From: an uncultured Holophagales bacterium
GTDB taxonomy: Bacteria > Acidobacteriota > Thermoanaerobaculia > Multivoradales > UBA5704
DNA length: 64,000 nt
Assembly: GCA_963842525.1 (NCBI GenBank)
Contig: CAWJGT010000034.1
Location: 729,294 to 793,293 of the forward strand
Reading direction: 5' to 3'
The notes under the pieces were generated by a model, which ran no database searches, had not been told where the DNA came from, and worked only from the letters and a program-made list of their open reading frames with translations. Numbering within the stretch: position 1 is the first letter of the stretch; the number at the start of each line of letters is the position of its first letter. Below are positions 19,412-29,595 of the stretch, piece by piece. The position numbers and the translations under genes are program-made.

Positions 19412-21216
19412 GTGAAGGTCAGAATCCCCATCATGATCGACGACCCCTACGGCGGCAGGGGTCTGGCGAGCCCGTTCGAGATGTTCACCAGCCAGGATGA
19501 GGAGCTCTTCCTCGATGGGCCGGTGACCCGCCGCGTCGCGGTGCTCGACTTCGACCCCACCACCGGCGCGCTACGGCCCGGCGCGCGCTATCGGGCGCCG
19601 GAAAACGGCCACGACCTCGGGGCGTACGAAACGGAGGGCCCCGACGGCATCTACGGCGACAGCTTCCTCCAGGTGAACGTCTTCGCCACCGTGCTCCAGA
19701 CCATGTCCCTGTTCGAGGAGCCGGACGCTCTCGGCCGCCGCCTCACGTGGGCGTTCGAGGCCCCGCAGCTCCTCGTGGTGCCGCGCGCCGGCGAAATGGC
19801 GAACGCCTTCTACGAGCGCGAGTCGCACAGCCTGCAGTTCTTCTTCCTGCCGCCGCCGGCGGACGGCGAGCGGCCCGTCTACACCAGCCTGTCGCGCGAC
19901 ATCGTCGCCCACGAGACCGCGCATGCCATCCTCGACGGCATCGCTCCGTCGCTCTACAACGCCCTGACGCCGCAGGCGCTCGCTCTGCACGAGGCGATCG
20001 CCGACCTCACGGCCCTGCTCATGTCGTTCCGCAGCCGCAAGCTGCGCGAGGCCGTGCTGGCCGGCACCCAGGGCTCGCTCGACGATTCGAGCGCCTTCAG
20101 CACCGTGGCTCCCGAATTCGGCCACGCCCGCGATCCGGCGAACAAGGCCGAGTTCCTGCGCAACCTGAACAACCGGGCCAACCTGATCCCCGGGAACCCC
20201 GACCGCGTGAGCCGCTACGAGCCGCACTCGCTGAGCGAGGCCCTGAGCGGCGCCCTCTATGCGGTGATGATCCGGACCTACAAGGCGGTCCGCGAGGAGA
20301 GCCCCGACTGGCCCTCCGGCAAGGCCCTCTTCGTGGCCGCGGCGCGCTTCAAGCGGATGATCGTCCGCGCGCTGGACTATCTTCCGCCGGGAGAGGTCTC
20401 CTTCGCCGACTATGGCCGCGCCATTCTCGCCGCCGACCAGGCCGCGCATCCCGACGACAGCCAGGAGCGCCAGTGGATCTGCGAGCAGTTCGTCACGCGC
20501 GGCATCGTGCCGGATGCCGGAGCGCTCGCCGTCGAGACGAACGTCCCTTTCCCCGCCATCGAGAAGGTCGATCTGCAGACGCTCCTCGACAGCGACTGGG
20601 CGGCGTATGAGTTCGCCAATCAGAACCGGCGGTTCCTCGGCATCCCCGAGGGCATCCCGTTCCGCGTCCGGCCGCGGCTGGACACCACCAAGCTCTACTA
20701 CCTGCGGAAAGGCGAAAAGCCGGAGGAGATCCGCGAGCTCATCTTCAAGGTCGCCTGGGACCAGAAGGAGCCGAGCGGCCTCGGGCCGGCCCTCGCCGAT
20801 GTCCGGCAGATCACCGTCGGCACCACGATCGCGCTCGACTGGACGAGCCGGAAGGTCCGCGCCCGCCTCACCTCCGAGCAGAGCCAGGAGGAGAGGGAAA
20901 GCCGCGACGGGCTCCTCCATCTCCTGCTCGACGAGGGGGTCCTCCGGGTCGGCGACGAGGCGAAGGGACCGGACGGCAAACCCCTGCGCGGCGCGGTGCG
21001 CGCCGAGACCCTGGACGGCGTGATGCGGGTGCGCGGCGCCGCCCGCATGCTCCACATCGCGCGCATGGCAGGCGGGGCCGCAACAGGCGGCGCGCCGGGG
21101 CTCACGGTCCCGAACCCTCCGCCCGGTGTGGACGCCGGGGCGTTCTATGATTTGGCGGCTGGCGCTTTACATGGACTTCCACTTTCCAAAAAACCCGAGG
21201 AGCACCCCATGCCTGA
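19412..21216 (+). CDS. Gluzincin (M4/M36-like) metallopeptidase; appears fused to the next gene, probably through a 1-bp deletion near 21157
   Basis: NAFY, DIVAHETAHAILD, ALHEAIAD; GAGGAG RBS before GTG 19412; a -1 shift gives a stop overlapping the next ATG (ATGCCTGA). Confidence 0.75.
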
Positions 21217-22327
21217 CCAGCAACAACCCGACCAGGAAACGACCCCTCACATTTGCGTCGACATGGAGCTGCCGCCTGAGCTGGAGGTGGAGGCCGCGGA
21301 CCGGGCGATCGAAGAGAACCCCGCCAACCTCCCCGTCTTCCGCCACCGGCCCGGCCTGGGCGTTGCCACCTCGCCGCGCAGCCTGGCGCTGCTCACCGGC
21401 AAGAAGTGGCAGAACGGCCGCACCCTGCGCGTCCGCTTCCTCGGAGGGGAGCCGGCGATTCATGCCAAGGTCAAGCAGTTCGCGCAGCAGTGGAGCGAGG
21501 TCGCCAATATCCGCTTCGAATTCGACAACAGCCCCGACGCCGAGATCCGCATCGGTTTTCTGAGGGGCGGCGGCTCGTGGTCCTACATCGGCACCGACGC
21601 CCTGAGCATCGCCAAGAACCAGCCGACCATGAGCTATGGCTGGTTCACCTCAGCGACGCCGGACGGGGAGATCGCGCGCACCGTGCTCCACGAGTTCGGG
21701 CACGCCCTCGGCTGCATTCACGAGCACCAGCACCCCACCGCCAACATCCCCTGGGACCGGGAGGCGGTCTTCCGCTATTACACGGGCCCTCCGAACAACT
21801 GGAGCCGGGACAAGGTCGAAACCAATCTCTTCAAGAGGTATTCGCAGTCGCAGACCCAGTTCTCGCAGTTCGATCGCGACTCGATCATGCTCTATCCGGT
21901 CGACGAGGAGCACACGGTCGGCAACTTCCGGGTGGGTTGGAATACCAGGCTGTCGCAGACCGACAAGACCTTCATGGCCAGCATGTATCCGAAGCCGCAG
22001 ACTCCGGTGGGAGACACGACGCCGGTCCTGACCGTCGGCGGCACGGTACAGGGGTCCATCGGCAAGCACGGCGAGGAGGATCTCTACCGTCTCCCCGTGA
22101 CCGCGAACGGCCGCTACACGATCGAGACGAGCGGCCCGACGGACGTCGTGATGGCCCTCCTCGGCCCCGAGACCCAGTCCCGTCTCGTGGCCGAGGACGA
22201 CGACAGCGGCGCGGACCGCAACGCCAAGATCGGCACCAACCTGGCCCCCGGCACCTATTGGGTGCGCATCCGGCATTTCAGCCCGAGCGGCAGCGGGAGC
22301 TACGGGTTGTCGGTCCAGAAGGGGTGA
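21209..22327 (+). CDS. Astacin/M12A-like metzincin peptidase with C-terminal PPC domain
   Basis: Own RBS GAGGAG at 21197; HEFGHALGCIHEH, Met-turn SIMLY, PPC-like tail (EDDDSG, LAPGTYWVRI). Confidence 0.85.
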   Translation: MPDQQQPDQETTPHICVDMELPPELEVEAADRAIEENPANLPVFRHRPGLGVATSPRSLALLTGKKWQNGRTLRVRFLGGEPAIHAKVKQFAQQWSEVANIRFEFDNSPDAEIRIGFLRGGGSWSYIGTDALSIAKNQPTMSYGWFTSATPDGEIARTVLHEFGHALGCIHEHQHPTANIPWDREAVFRYYTGPPNNWSRDKVETNLFKRYSQSQTQFSQFDRDSIMLYPVDEEHTVGNFRVGWNTRLSQTDKTFMASMYPKPQTPVGDTTPVLTVGGTVQGSIGKHGEEDLYRLPVTANGRYTIETSGPTDVVMALLGPETQSRLVAEDDDSGADRNAKIGTNLAPGTYWVRIRHFSPSGSGSYGLSVQKG

Positions 22328-22349
22328 TTGCTTCCGGCACCGCGGGGTC

Positions 22350-23234
22350 TTGCGACATGATGCGCCGGTGCCGCGCCGCCCCCTCCTCCTGATGGGTCTC
22401 TCGTCGGTCTGCTTCGCCGTCATGGCCTTGGCGGCGAAGCTGGCCTCGGAGGACCTTCCCGGCAGCCAGGTGGCGTTCCTCCGCTTCGCGTTCATGCTGC
22501 TGCCGGTCGTGCTGGTGCCGTCGCTCGCCCGCAAGGCCGTCACCTTCCAGCGCCTGGACCTGCTGTTCTATCGCGGGGTGTTCGGAGGCACGGCGGTCCT
22601 CCTCTACTTCCTGGCCCTCGCTCACGTACCGGTGGGGATCGCCACGCTTCTCAACTATGCCTCGCCCATCTTCAGCGTCGCCTTTGCCGCGCTCTTCCTC
22701 GGCGAGCGAGTGGACCGGAGGCTCCTCCTTCCGCTGGCCGCCGCCCTGGGCGGCATGGTGCTCGCCGCCGGCGGAGGGGCGAATCTGCGAGAGGGGCTGC
22801 GTTTCGGCGTCTGGGAGCTGGCGGGGCTGGCCTCCTCGGTCCTCTCGGGCGCCGCGGTCACCGCGATCCGGGCGGCCCGCCGCACCGAGGGCTCGTGGGC
22901 AATCTACGGCAGCTTCACGATCTTCGGCCTGCTCGCCGCGGCCCCGTTCGGGCTCGCAGGTTTCCGGCCGCCGACGCCACGGCAGTGGTTGTTCCTCGCC
23001 GTCGTGGGCGCCTGCTCGATCGCCGCTCAGCTCCTCATGACCTACGCCTACCGCTGGGTAACCAACCTGCAGGCCGGGGTCATCAACCAGCTCACGGTCG
23101 TCCTCGCCATGCTGCTCGGCGTCGCCGTCCTCGGCGACCGGCTGACGCCGGTTCAGCTCTTCGGGAGTCTGCTGACCCTGGGCGGCGTCGTCGGCGTCGT
23201 CTGGCTTCAGTCGACGCCGCGCGCCGTCGAGTGA
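22350..23234 (+). CDS. EamA/DMT family transporter
   Basis: About 10 TM helices, duplicated EamA halves with LFLGE and VLGD motifs; start uncertain. Confidence 0.85.
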   Translation: MRHDAPVPRRPLLLMGLSSVCFAVMALAAKLASEDLPGSQVAFLRFAFMLLPVVLVPSLARKAVTFQRLDLLFYRGVFGGTAVLLYFLALAHVPVGIATLLNYASPIFSVAFAALFLGERVDRRLLLPLAAALGGMVLAAGGGANLREGLRFGVWELAGLASSVLSGAAVTAIRAARRTEGSWAIYGSFTIFGLLAAAPFGLAGFRPPTPRQWLFLAVVGACSIAAQLLMTYAYRWVTNLQAGVINQLTVVLAMLLGVAVLGDRLTPVQLFGSLLTLGGVVGVVWLQSTPRAVE

Positions 23235-23328
23235 AATCTTAATTGTTTCTAAAAACTCAAATCGGGTCCGCTCGGCTCCACGAGGCCGCTCCTTCTGCTA
23301 GAGTTGGGTCCGGTAATTCGGATCCAAG

Positions 23329-24267
23329 ATGACGCCCGAGCTGACGATCATCCTCGTCGTAGGGGAGCGCCGCGACCGCGCCGGGCGTGCGCTCGCTTCG
23401 CTGCTGGCGCAGAGCGCCGTCGATCGGATGGAGGTGCTTCTCTATGACCTCGGTCCGGGCGAGCCGCCGCCGGTCCCCGGCAGCGACCATCCGGCGGTGC
23501 GGACGGTGAGGATGCCGCCGGACGCCCTCTTCTCCCGGGTGAAGGCCGAGGGGGTGAAGATCGCCGCGGCGCCGGTCGTGGTGTTCGTCGAGGAGCACAC
23601 CCGGGTGTACGAGGGCTGGGCCGAGGCGCTGATCGAGGCCCACCGCGGACCCTGGGCGGCCGTCGGCGCCGAGGTGCACAACGGCAACCCGGGGGTGCGG
23701 TTCAGCCGCGTGCTGGAGATCATCAACTATCACCCCTGGCTGCCGCCGGCGCCGCGGGCCGAGTTCGGCATGCTGCCCGGGCACAACTCGTCCTTCAAAA
23801 GAGACCTGCTGCTCGCCTACGGCGACGACCTCGAGGAGCTGCTGCGAGCCGAGATCGTGCTCCACCAGAGGCTCCACCGCGACGGCCACCGCCTCCTCGT
23901 CGAGCCCGCGGCCCGGTTCGAGCACCTCAACGAGAGCACGTTCCCCAGCGCCGCCCGTGGCCGCTTCCTCTGGAACCGCCTCTATGGGCCGATGCGGGCC
24001 CGGTTCTTCGGCTGGTCGCGGACGCGGCGCCTCGTCTACCTCCTGGCCACGCCGCTCATCCCCTTCTATGCGTTGGCTCGGATCACCTGGTTCGCGGCAC
24101 GGCGGCGGCCGGAGCTCCTGGCGCGGGTCCTCCTCGGCTCACCGGTGCTCTTCGCGGTGCAGCTCGTGAGCGCCCTGGGGCACTCGACCGGCCTGCTGCT
24201 CGGGATGGGGGACGCGGAAGCGCGCTTCACCTGGTTTGAAATGAATGAATTCAGGGATCCCGGGTAG
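23329..24267 (+). CDS. Glycosyltransferase family 2-like protein
   Basis: ELTIILV...SLLAQ...EVLLYD GT-A N-terminus; EEH replaces DxD. Confidence 0.75.
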   Translation: MTPELTIILVVGERRDRAGRALASLLAQSAVDRMEVLLYDLGPGEPPPVPGSDHPAVRTVRMPPDALFSRVKAEGVKIAAAPVVVFVEEHTRVYEGWAEALIEAHRGPWAAVGAEVHNGNPGVRFSRVLEIINYHPWLPPAPRAEFGMLPGHNSSFKRDLLLAYGDDLEELLRAEIVLHQRLHRDGHRLLVEPAARFEHLNESTFPSAARGRFLWNRLYGPMRARFFGWSRTRRLVYLLATPLIPFYALARITWFAARRRPELLARVLLGSPVLFAVQLVSALGHSTGLLLGMGDAEARFTWFEMNEFRDPG

Positions 24268-24283
24268 CCGCCGGAGGGAGAGT

Positions 24284-25216
24284 ATGGAAACCGTCACGAG
24301 GCCGGTCCTGTCGATCGTCATCCCGGCCTACAACTCGCACGACACGCTGGCCGGCTGCCTGGAATCCCTCGAACGGCAGAGCTTCCGCGACTTCGAGGTC
24401 GTGATCGTCGACAGCGGGCCCGACGCCACGTCGCAGCGGATCGCCGCCGAGCGCTTCCCCTGGGTCCGCTTCGAGCGGAGCCCCCGGCGCCTCCTCCCCC
24501 ACGCGGCACGCAATCGCGGCGTCGAGCTGGCGCGGGCGGAGCTGCTGGTCTTCACCGATCCCGATTGCTATGCCCATCCCGACTGGCTGGAGCGGCTGCT
24601 CGCCATGCACCAGGAGACCGGGGGCGTGGTGGTCGGAGCCCTGGCCTGCCATGGCGGCCGGTGGACGGACCAGGGGATCCACCTCTGCAAGTTCAGCAAA
24701 TGGCTGCCCGGCGGGCGACCGCGGACGGTGGACATGAGCCCGACCGCGAACATGCTGCTCTCGCGGCGGGACTTCCAGGTGGCGGGAGGCCTGCCCGGCG
24801 AGGAGATGCTGGGCGACGTGACGCTCTCCCGCGCGCTCCGCGGCGGCGGGCGCGAGCTGCGCTTCGCGCCGGGCGCCGTGGTGGACCACCACCATATTCA
24901 GACCGTGAAGGACTTCCTCCGCGAGCGGTACAAGCGCGGCAAGATGTTCGGGGACCTGCGGTGTGGCTGGATGGGAGGGCGCCGCAGCACCATCCTCGGT
25001 TATCTGCTGGTCACGCTCCTCCCGATCCGCCTGGCCCGGATCACCACCCTGGTGGGGACCCACGCCTGGCGCGCCGGCCAGATGGGGCGCTTTCTGACGA
25101 CCTTGCCGCTGATGCTGGCGGGGCATGGCGCCTCTCTCGCCGGTGAGGCCGCAGCCTACCTCCGTCGCCTGTCCCCCGTCCGTTCCCGCCGGACGGCGCC
25201 GGCTCACAGCCTGTGA
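24284..25216 (+). CDS. Glycosyltransferase family 2
   Basis: SIVIPAYNS, EVVIVDSG, ARNRG, FTDPDC. Confidence 0.9.
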   Translation: METVTRPVLSIVIPAYNSHDTLAGCLESLERQSFRDFEVVIVDSGPDATSQRIAAERFPWVRFERSPRRLLPHAARNRGVELARAELLVFTDPDCYAHPDWLERLLAMHQETGGVVVGALACHGGRWTDQGIHLCKFSKWLPGGRPRTVDMSPTANMLLSRRDFQVAGGLPGEEMLGDVTLSRALRGGGRELRFAPGAVVDHHHIQTVKDFLRERYKRGKMFGDLRCGWMGGRRSTILGYLLVTLLPIRLARITTLVGTHAWRAGQMGRFLTTLPLMLAGHGASLAGEAAAYLRRLSPVRSRRTAPAHSL

Positions 25217-26649
25217 CCGCCGATTCCTCCGCGCGGGTCGCGCTCCCTGGTGCCGCGGCGGGCACCCGGATCGCCCGCGACACGGCGCTCAACCTGGCCG
25301 GCCAGGTGCTGCCCCTGGGGCTGGCCCTGGTCGCCGTGCCGGGCACGGTCGAGCGGCTGGGCACCGGCCGGTTCGGCGTGCTCGCCCTGGCCTGGACGAT
25401 CCTCGGCTCCTTCAACGTCTTCGACCTGGCGCTCGGCCGGGCGGTGACCCGGTTCTCCTCCGAGGCCCTCGGCCGCGGCGAGCCGCAGCGGCTGCCGAAG
25501 ATCCTCGGCAACGCCGTCGCGCTGCAGACCGCGCTCGGCGTCGCCGGCACGCTCCTCTTCCTGACGGCGTCTCCGTGGCTCGCCGGCGGCGTGCTCGGCC
25601 TGTCCGGCCCGCTGGCCCGCGAGACGCGGATCACCTTCCAGATCCTGGCCCTCTCGTTCCCGCTGACCCTGGTGACCGGTTGCCTGCGCAGCCTCCTGGA
25701 GTCGCTGCGGCGCTTCGATCTCATCAATCTGGCGCGCGGGCCGGCCGGAGCGGCCACGTTCGCGATCCCCTGGCTCGGGGCGATGGCGGGGCTCGGCCTT
25801 CCCGCCATCGTCGGCCTGCTGGTGGCGGCGCGGGTCGTCCTCCTGGGGGTGCACTGGACCTTCTGCCGCCGTCTCGTGCCGGGCCTCACGCAGGGCTTCG
25901 CGCCGGAGCGCGCCGAGCTCCTCCGGCTCGCCCGCTTCGGCGGCTGGGTGAGCGCCGCGAACCTGGTCCCGCCGGTCCTGGTCCTGGTCGAGAGGTTCCT
26001 GATCGGCGCCCTGATCTCGCTGGAGGCGGTGGCCTGGTTCTCGATCCCGTACGAGATCGTCAACCGGCTGTGGGTCCTGCCGACAAGCGTGATCGCCGCG
26101 CTCTTCCCGGTGCTGTCGGCGGCGAGCGGCCGGGGCGATGCCGAGGAGGTCCGCAGGCTGGCGACGCGGGCGGTCCGGGGCGTGCTCCTCCTCCTGGCCG
26201 TGCCGGTCGTGGTGGCGGTCGTGGGGGCCCAGCCCCTGCTCCATCTCTGGCTCGGCCCGGAGCTCGCCGCGGCCGGTGCTCCGGTCCTGCGCCTCCTGGC
26301 CCCGGCGCTCCTCCTGTCGTCCTTGTCCAGCATCGCCGCCGCCGTGCTCCAGGCATCCGGAAGGCCCCAGGTGACGGCGCGCCTGCGCCTCTTCGAGCTG
26401 CCCCTGACGGCTCTCCTGAGCTGGGGCCTCACGGTCACCCTCGGCGTCGCCGGCACGGCGCTCGCCGCTCTCCTTCGGGCAGCCCTGGACGCAACCCTGT
26501 TATCCTGGATGTCGGGCTTGGCCGGCTGGCGGGATGGCCGCGCGGCCCAAGCGCGAATAAACTCGTCCGCCTGCCGGTTGGCAGGCTCTGAACCCCAATT
26601 CCGGCGGCGATCCTCGGATCCCGCCTCCGAGGACACCACCCATGTTTGA
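25213..26649 (+). CDS. Wzx-like polysaccharide flippase (C-terminus may be truncated)
   Basis: LG...FGVLAL, FDLALGRAVTR, ERFLIGAL, LFP; about 12 TMs then a polar tail. Confidence 0.85.
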   Translation: MTADSSARVALPGAAAGTRIARDTALNLAGQVLPLGLALVAVPGTVERLGTGRFGVLALAWTILGSFNVFDLALGRAVTRFSSEALGRGEPQRLPKILGNAVALQTALGVAGTLLFLTASPWLAGGVLGLSGPLARETRITFQILALSFPLTLVTGCLRSLLESLRRFDLINLARGPAGAATFAIPWLGAMAGLGLPAIVGLLVAARVVLLGVHWTFCRRLVPGLTQGFAPERAELLRLARFGGWVSAANLVPPVLVLVERFLIGALISLEAVAWFSIPYEIVNRLWVLPTSVIAALFPVLSAASGRGDAEEVRRLATRAVRGVLLLLAVPVVVAVVGAQPLLHLWLGPELAAAGAPVLRLLAPALLLSSLSSIAAAVLQASGRPQVTARLRLFELPLTALLSWGLTVTLGVAGTALAALLRAALDATLLSWMSGLAGWRDGRAAQARINSSACRLAGSEPQFRRRSSDPASEDTTHV

Positions 26650-27760
26650 ACACAACACCCCGACCCGCTCCCTGCTCTGCCTCTCCCTCGTGCTTCTCGT
26701 GGCGGGCGTTTTCGGCTGCTCGCGCAGCTCCCAGGGCGAGGAAGGCCAGGCGGACCAGCCCGCCGCCGGCTCCGCCACACCCGCTGCACCCGGACAGGCC
26801 GCCGCGCCGGGAGCCGGACAGCCGGGATCTCCCTCGCCGGCGGACGCCAAGCCTGTCAAGCCGGAGGAGCTGCCCGCCGTGGTGGCCCGGATCAACGGCA
26901 AGGAGATCAAGAAGGAAGACCTCCTCGAGCACGCCCAGAAGATGCGCGCCCAGCTCGCCCGGGCGGGAGCGGGCGAAGCGCCGATGAACACCCAGTTCTA
27001 CCGCGAGGTCCTCAACGCCCTGGTAGCCCAGTCCCTCCTCGAGCAGGAGGCCAAAGAGCAGGGCTTCAAGGTCTCCGACGCCGAGGTCGACAAGCAGATG
27101 GAGGCGCTGCGCGGCCGGTTCCCCGACGCCGAGCAGTTCAAGAACGCCCTCGCGTCGGAAGGGATGAGCGAAGAGCGGCTCCGCCAGCAGATGTACCGCG
27201 ACGGCAGCATCCAGAGGCTCGTCGAGGCCAAGGTCTTCTCGGCAGTGAACGTCACGGACGCGGAGGCCAAAGACTTCTATGACAAGAACCAGGACAAGAT
27301 GAAACAGCCCCCGGGGGTACACCTGCGGCACGTCCTGGTGAAGGTCGACCCCAAGGCGCCAGACGCCGACAAGCAGAAGGCCCGCGCCAAGGCCGAAGAC
27401 CTGCTCAAGCGGGCCCAGAGCGGTGAGGACTTCGCCAAGCTGGCGAGCGAGAATTCAGACGACCCCGGCTCCAAGGTGCGGGGAGGCGACCTCCCCTGGA
27501 TCGCGCCGGGCCAGACCCCGCCGTCCTTCGACAAGGCCGCGTTCGCGCTGACCAAGCCGAACGAGCTCAGCCCGCTCGTGGAGACCGGCGACGGGTACCA
27601 TGTGATCCAGCTCCTGGAGCGCAAGGACGCCACGGTAGTCCCCTTCGATCAGGCCAAGGAGCGCATCACCGGCTTCCTCAAACAGCGCCAGATCCAGGAA
27701 AAGCTCCAGGCCCACGTCGAAGCGCTAAAGACCAAGGGGAAGGTCGAGACGTTCATCTGA
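26642..27760 (+). CDS. Parvulin-type peptidyl-prolyl isomerase lipoprotein (PrsA/SurA-like)
   Basis: Lipobox VFGC, VVARINGKEI, HVLV, FAKLASENSDDPGSKVRGGDL, GYHVI. Confidence 0.92.
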   Translation: MFEHNTPTRSLLCLSLVLLVAGVFGCSRSSQGEEGQADQPAAGSATPAAPGQAAAPGAGQPGSPSPADAKPVKPEELPAVVARINGKEIKKEDLLEHAQKMRAQLARAGAGEAPMNTQFYREVLNALVAQSLLEQEAKEQGFKVSDAEVDKQMEALRGRFPDAEQFKNALASEGMSEERLRQQMYRDGSIQRLVEAKVFSAVNVTDAEAKDFYDKNQDKMKQPPGVHLRHVLVKVDPKAPDADKQKARAKAEDLLKRAQSGEDFAKLASENSDDPGSKVRGGDLPWIAPGQTPPSFDKAAFALTKPNELSPLVETGDGYHVIQLLERKDATVVPFDQAKERITGFLKQRQIQEKLQAHVEALKTKGKVETFI

Positions 27761-27777
27761 CCGGGTTGATCCCGGTC

Positions 27778-27808
27778 CCCTCTCCCCTTGGGCCAGGGGA
27801 GAGGGGGT
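27778..27808 (+). terminator. Hairpin after the PPIase gene (CCCTCTCCC-type)
   Basis: CCCTCTCCCC-TTGGGCCA-GGGGAGAGGG followed by TTTT. Confidence 0.6.
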
Positions 27809-28300
27809 TTCAAGACACAGCCGTGCGGACTACGACAAAACGGCTATCGTCGAGATTGATGGATTCCGCAAAGCGCTCTCCCCCAAAACGACCTCAAGTA
27901 CCTCAGGTTGGAAACGCCCACACCTTGGGCCGGAAGTCCCGAGGAGCGATCACCAAGCATCGCCAAGCCATGGAGATTGTGACGTACCGCTCGATGTCGA
28001 GGTAACGCTGAACCTCTGGGCCTCGACGACCACTGTGCCAGATGCCTGTTGGGGATCTCGGCGATTCAGAGCTTACCCTCCCGCATCGGCAGGGCGCACG
28101 ATCCTGCGCGCCGCGGCGCCTGTAGGCCAACGCACTCTCGGCGCGTCGAGAGTGCTCGCGAGTCAGGCGCTGACGAAATAGGAACCCGTCGTGTCGTTGA
28201 TGGAGGGGGATCGGTGCTGTCTCCCGATGGGCGCAGGTCCCGCCTCGGGTGTTGGCCGGAGATCCTGCTGATATAGTATGTCCGGAAGATAGAATAGCCA

Positions 28301-29236
28301 ATGAGCATATCGAGCTATGGCGAAGGGGAAAGAATGGAAAGCGAGAGCAACGGAAGCACGCCTCGCAAGGGGATGCTCCGAGCATTCTGGGATTGGATGG
28401 CAGAAGCAAACCCGCGACTGAATACCGTCGCGAGCCTTTCCGGAATCGTCGGGTTCTTTGCCACTGTGGGGCTGTTTCCATTTGTCTGGCACCTCTTCGA
28501 ACGTAAGGATCATTTTGTCGAACTCTATTGCCCGGATAGCATCCGCTCGCACGAATACTTTGTCTTTGGCCGCTTCGCAGGCAAGGCGCACCAGATTCGC
28601 GTCTATGTAGGCCCGAATGATGGCACTGCCAAGTATTGGATCCTAGCTCCTCCCTATCAATCAACTGCAACCGGTCAGTGGAGCGTGAAGGCACACTTCG
28701 GCAATCCATACGGTTGGGATCAGCTTAAGGAGTTACCTCTTGAGTATGATGTTGTAGCCGCTCTCGTTCCCGCGGACAAGCTCTCGACCCTACCGGGGAG
28801 CAAGCGACTGGTCGTACAACTCGAGCCGGGTGAGGACCTGGCCGACGAGCTCGAAGAGTTTGGCATCGACAGGATCGAGAGGTGTACCATCAGGCGTGAT
28901 CCAGAGGACTGCCAGAATTTCGCTCGAATACTTTCTCCCGAGCTGTCTGCGACTCCAGGGAAATACATGGACATCAATTCTCCCGTACGGATCGTTTGGG
29001 AACCCAACGTCCCGATGTTCGTAGAGCTTTGGCGCGGAGGCGAGCCGCTTCGCGGCATCTCGCATCGGGAATGGTCGAACATCCAGGAAGTGTCTCTTGC
29101 TCCCGGTGTGTACCAATTGAAGGTGGGTTATAAGAGAGGAGCCGAGTGCAACGCGGTCTTGTGGTTCAGCGTGCTCCTCCGGCGCACGACACCAGCTCCC
29201 TCAGCGCCACAGCAGGTGCCCAACCCATCCAAATAG
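28301..29236 (+). CDS. Hypothetical protein, N-terminal TM anchor and beta-rich domains, low GC
   Basis: 311-aa ORF in low-GC DNA; no recognised motif. Confidence 0.7.
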   Translation: MSISSYGEGERMESESNGSTPRKGMLRAFWDWMAEANPRLNTVASLSGIVGFFATVGLFPFVWHLFERKDHFVELYCPDSIRSHEYFVFGRFAGKAHQIRVYVGPNDGTAKYWILAPPYQSTATGQWSVKAHFGNPYGWDQLKELPLEYDVVAALVPADKLSTLPGSKRLVVQLEPGEDLADELEEFGIDRIERCTIRRDPEDCQNFARILSPELSATPGKYMDINSPVRIVWEPNVPMFVELWRGGEPLRGISHREWSNIQEVSLAPGVYQLKVGYKRGAECNAVLWFSVLLRRTTPAPSAPQQVPNPSK

Positions 29237-29595
29237 ACCGAGGCGCGTAGAACAATCTTCGGCTCAAGGGCTGGTACAACTGGCCGCCTAGAGTGCACGA
29301 AGTCGAGGCCTGCTATGCGAGGGCTCAGCATGTCGGCATTCCCGACACCGGCGGAGGCGCTCAAGGCGCCCTGCACGAGGAAGCCGACTGCCACGACTGA
29401 GGTCGCTGTAGGTGCCACGCAGCGTCCAGTTGCCCCGCTCGACCTGCGAGGTGCCCGGCCCTCATCCGGAAGCTCCGAAGATGGTCACTTTCCTATCCCA
29501 CCCCTGGAGGTGCTTGAGTTCTGCTAACGATTCCTTTAGAGTCTCTGAGAAAGCATTCTTGGCTCTTCGAAGCTCTTCACTGTCCGGAGGTGCTC

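Noticed and set aside
19370-22327. Genuine 985-aa dual-protease fusion
   Set aside because: Internal RBS and ATG plus a one-base shift giving an overlapping stop favour two genes; not fully excluded.
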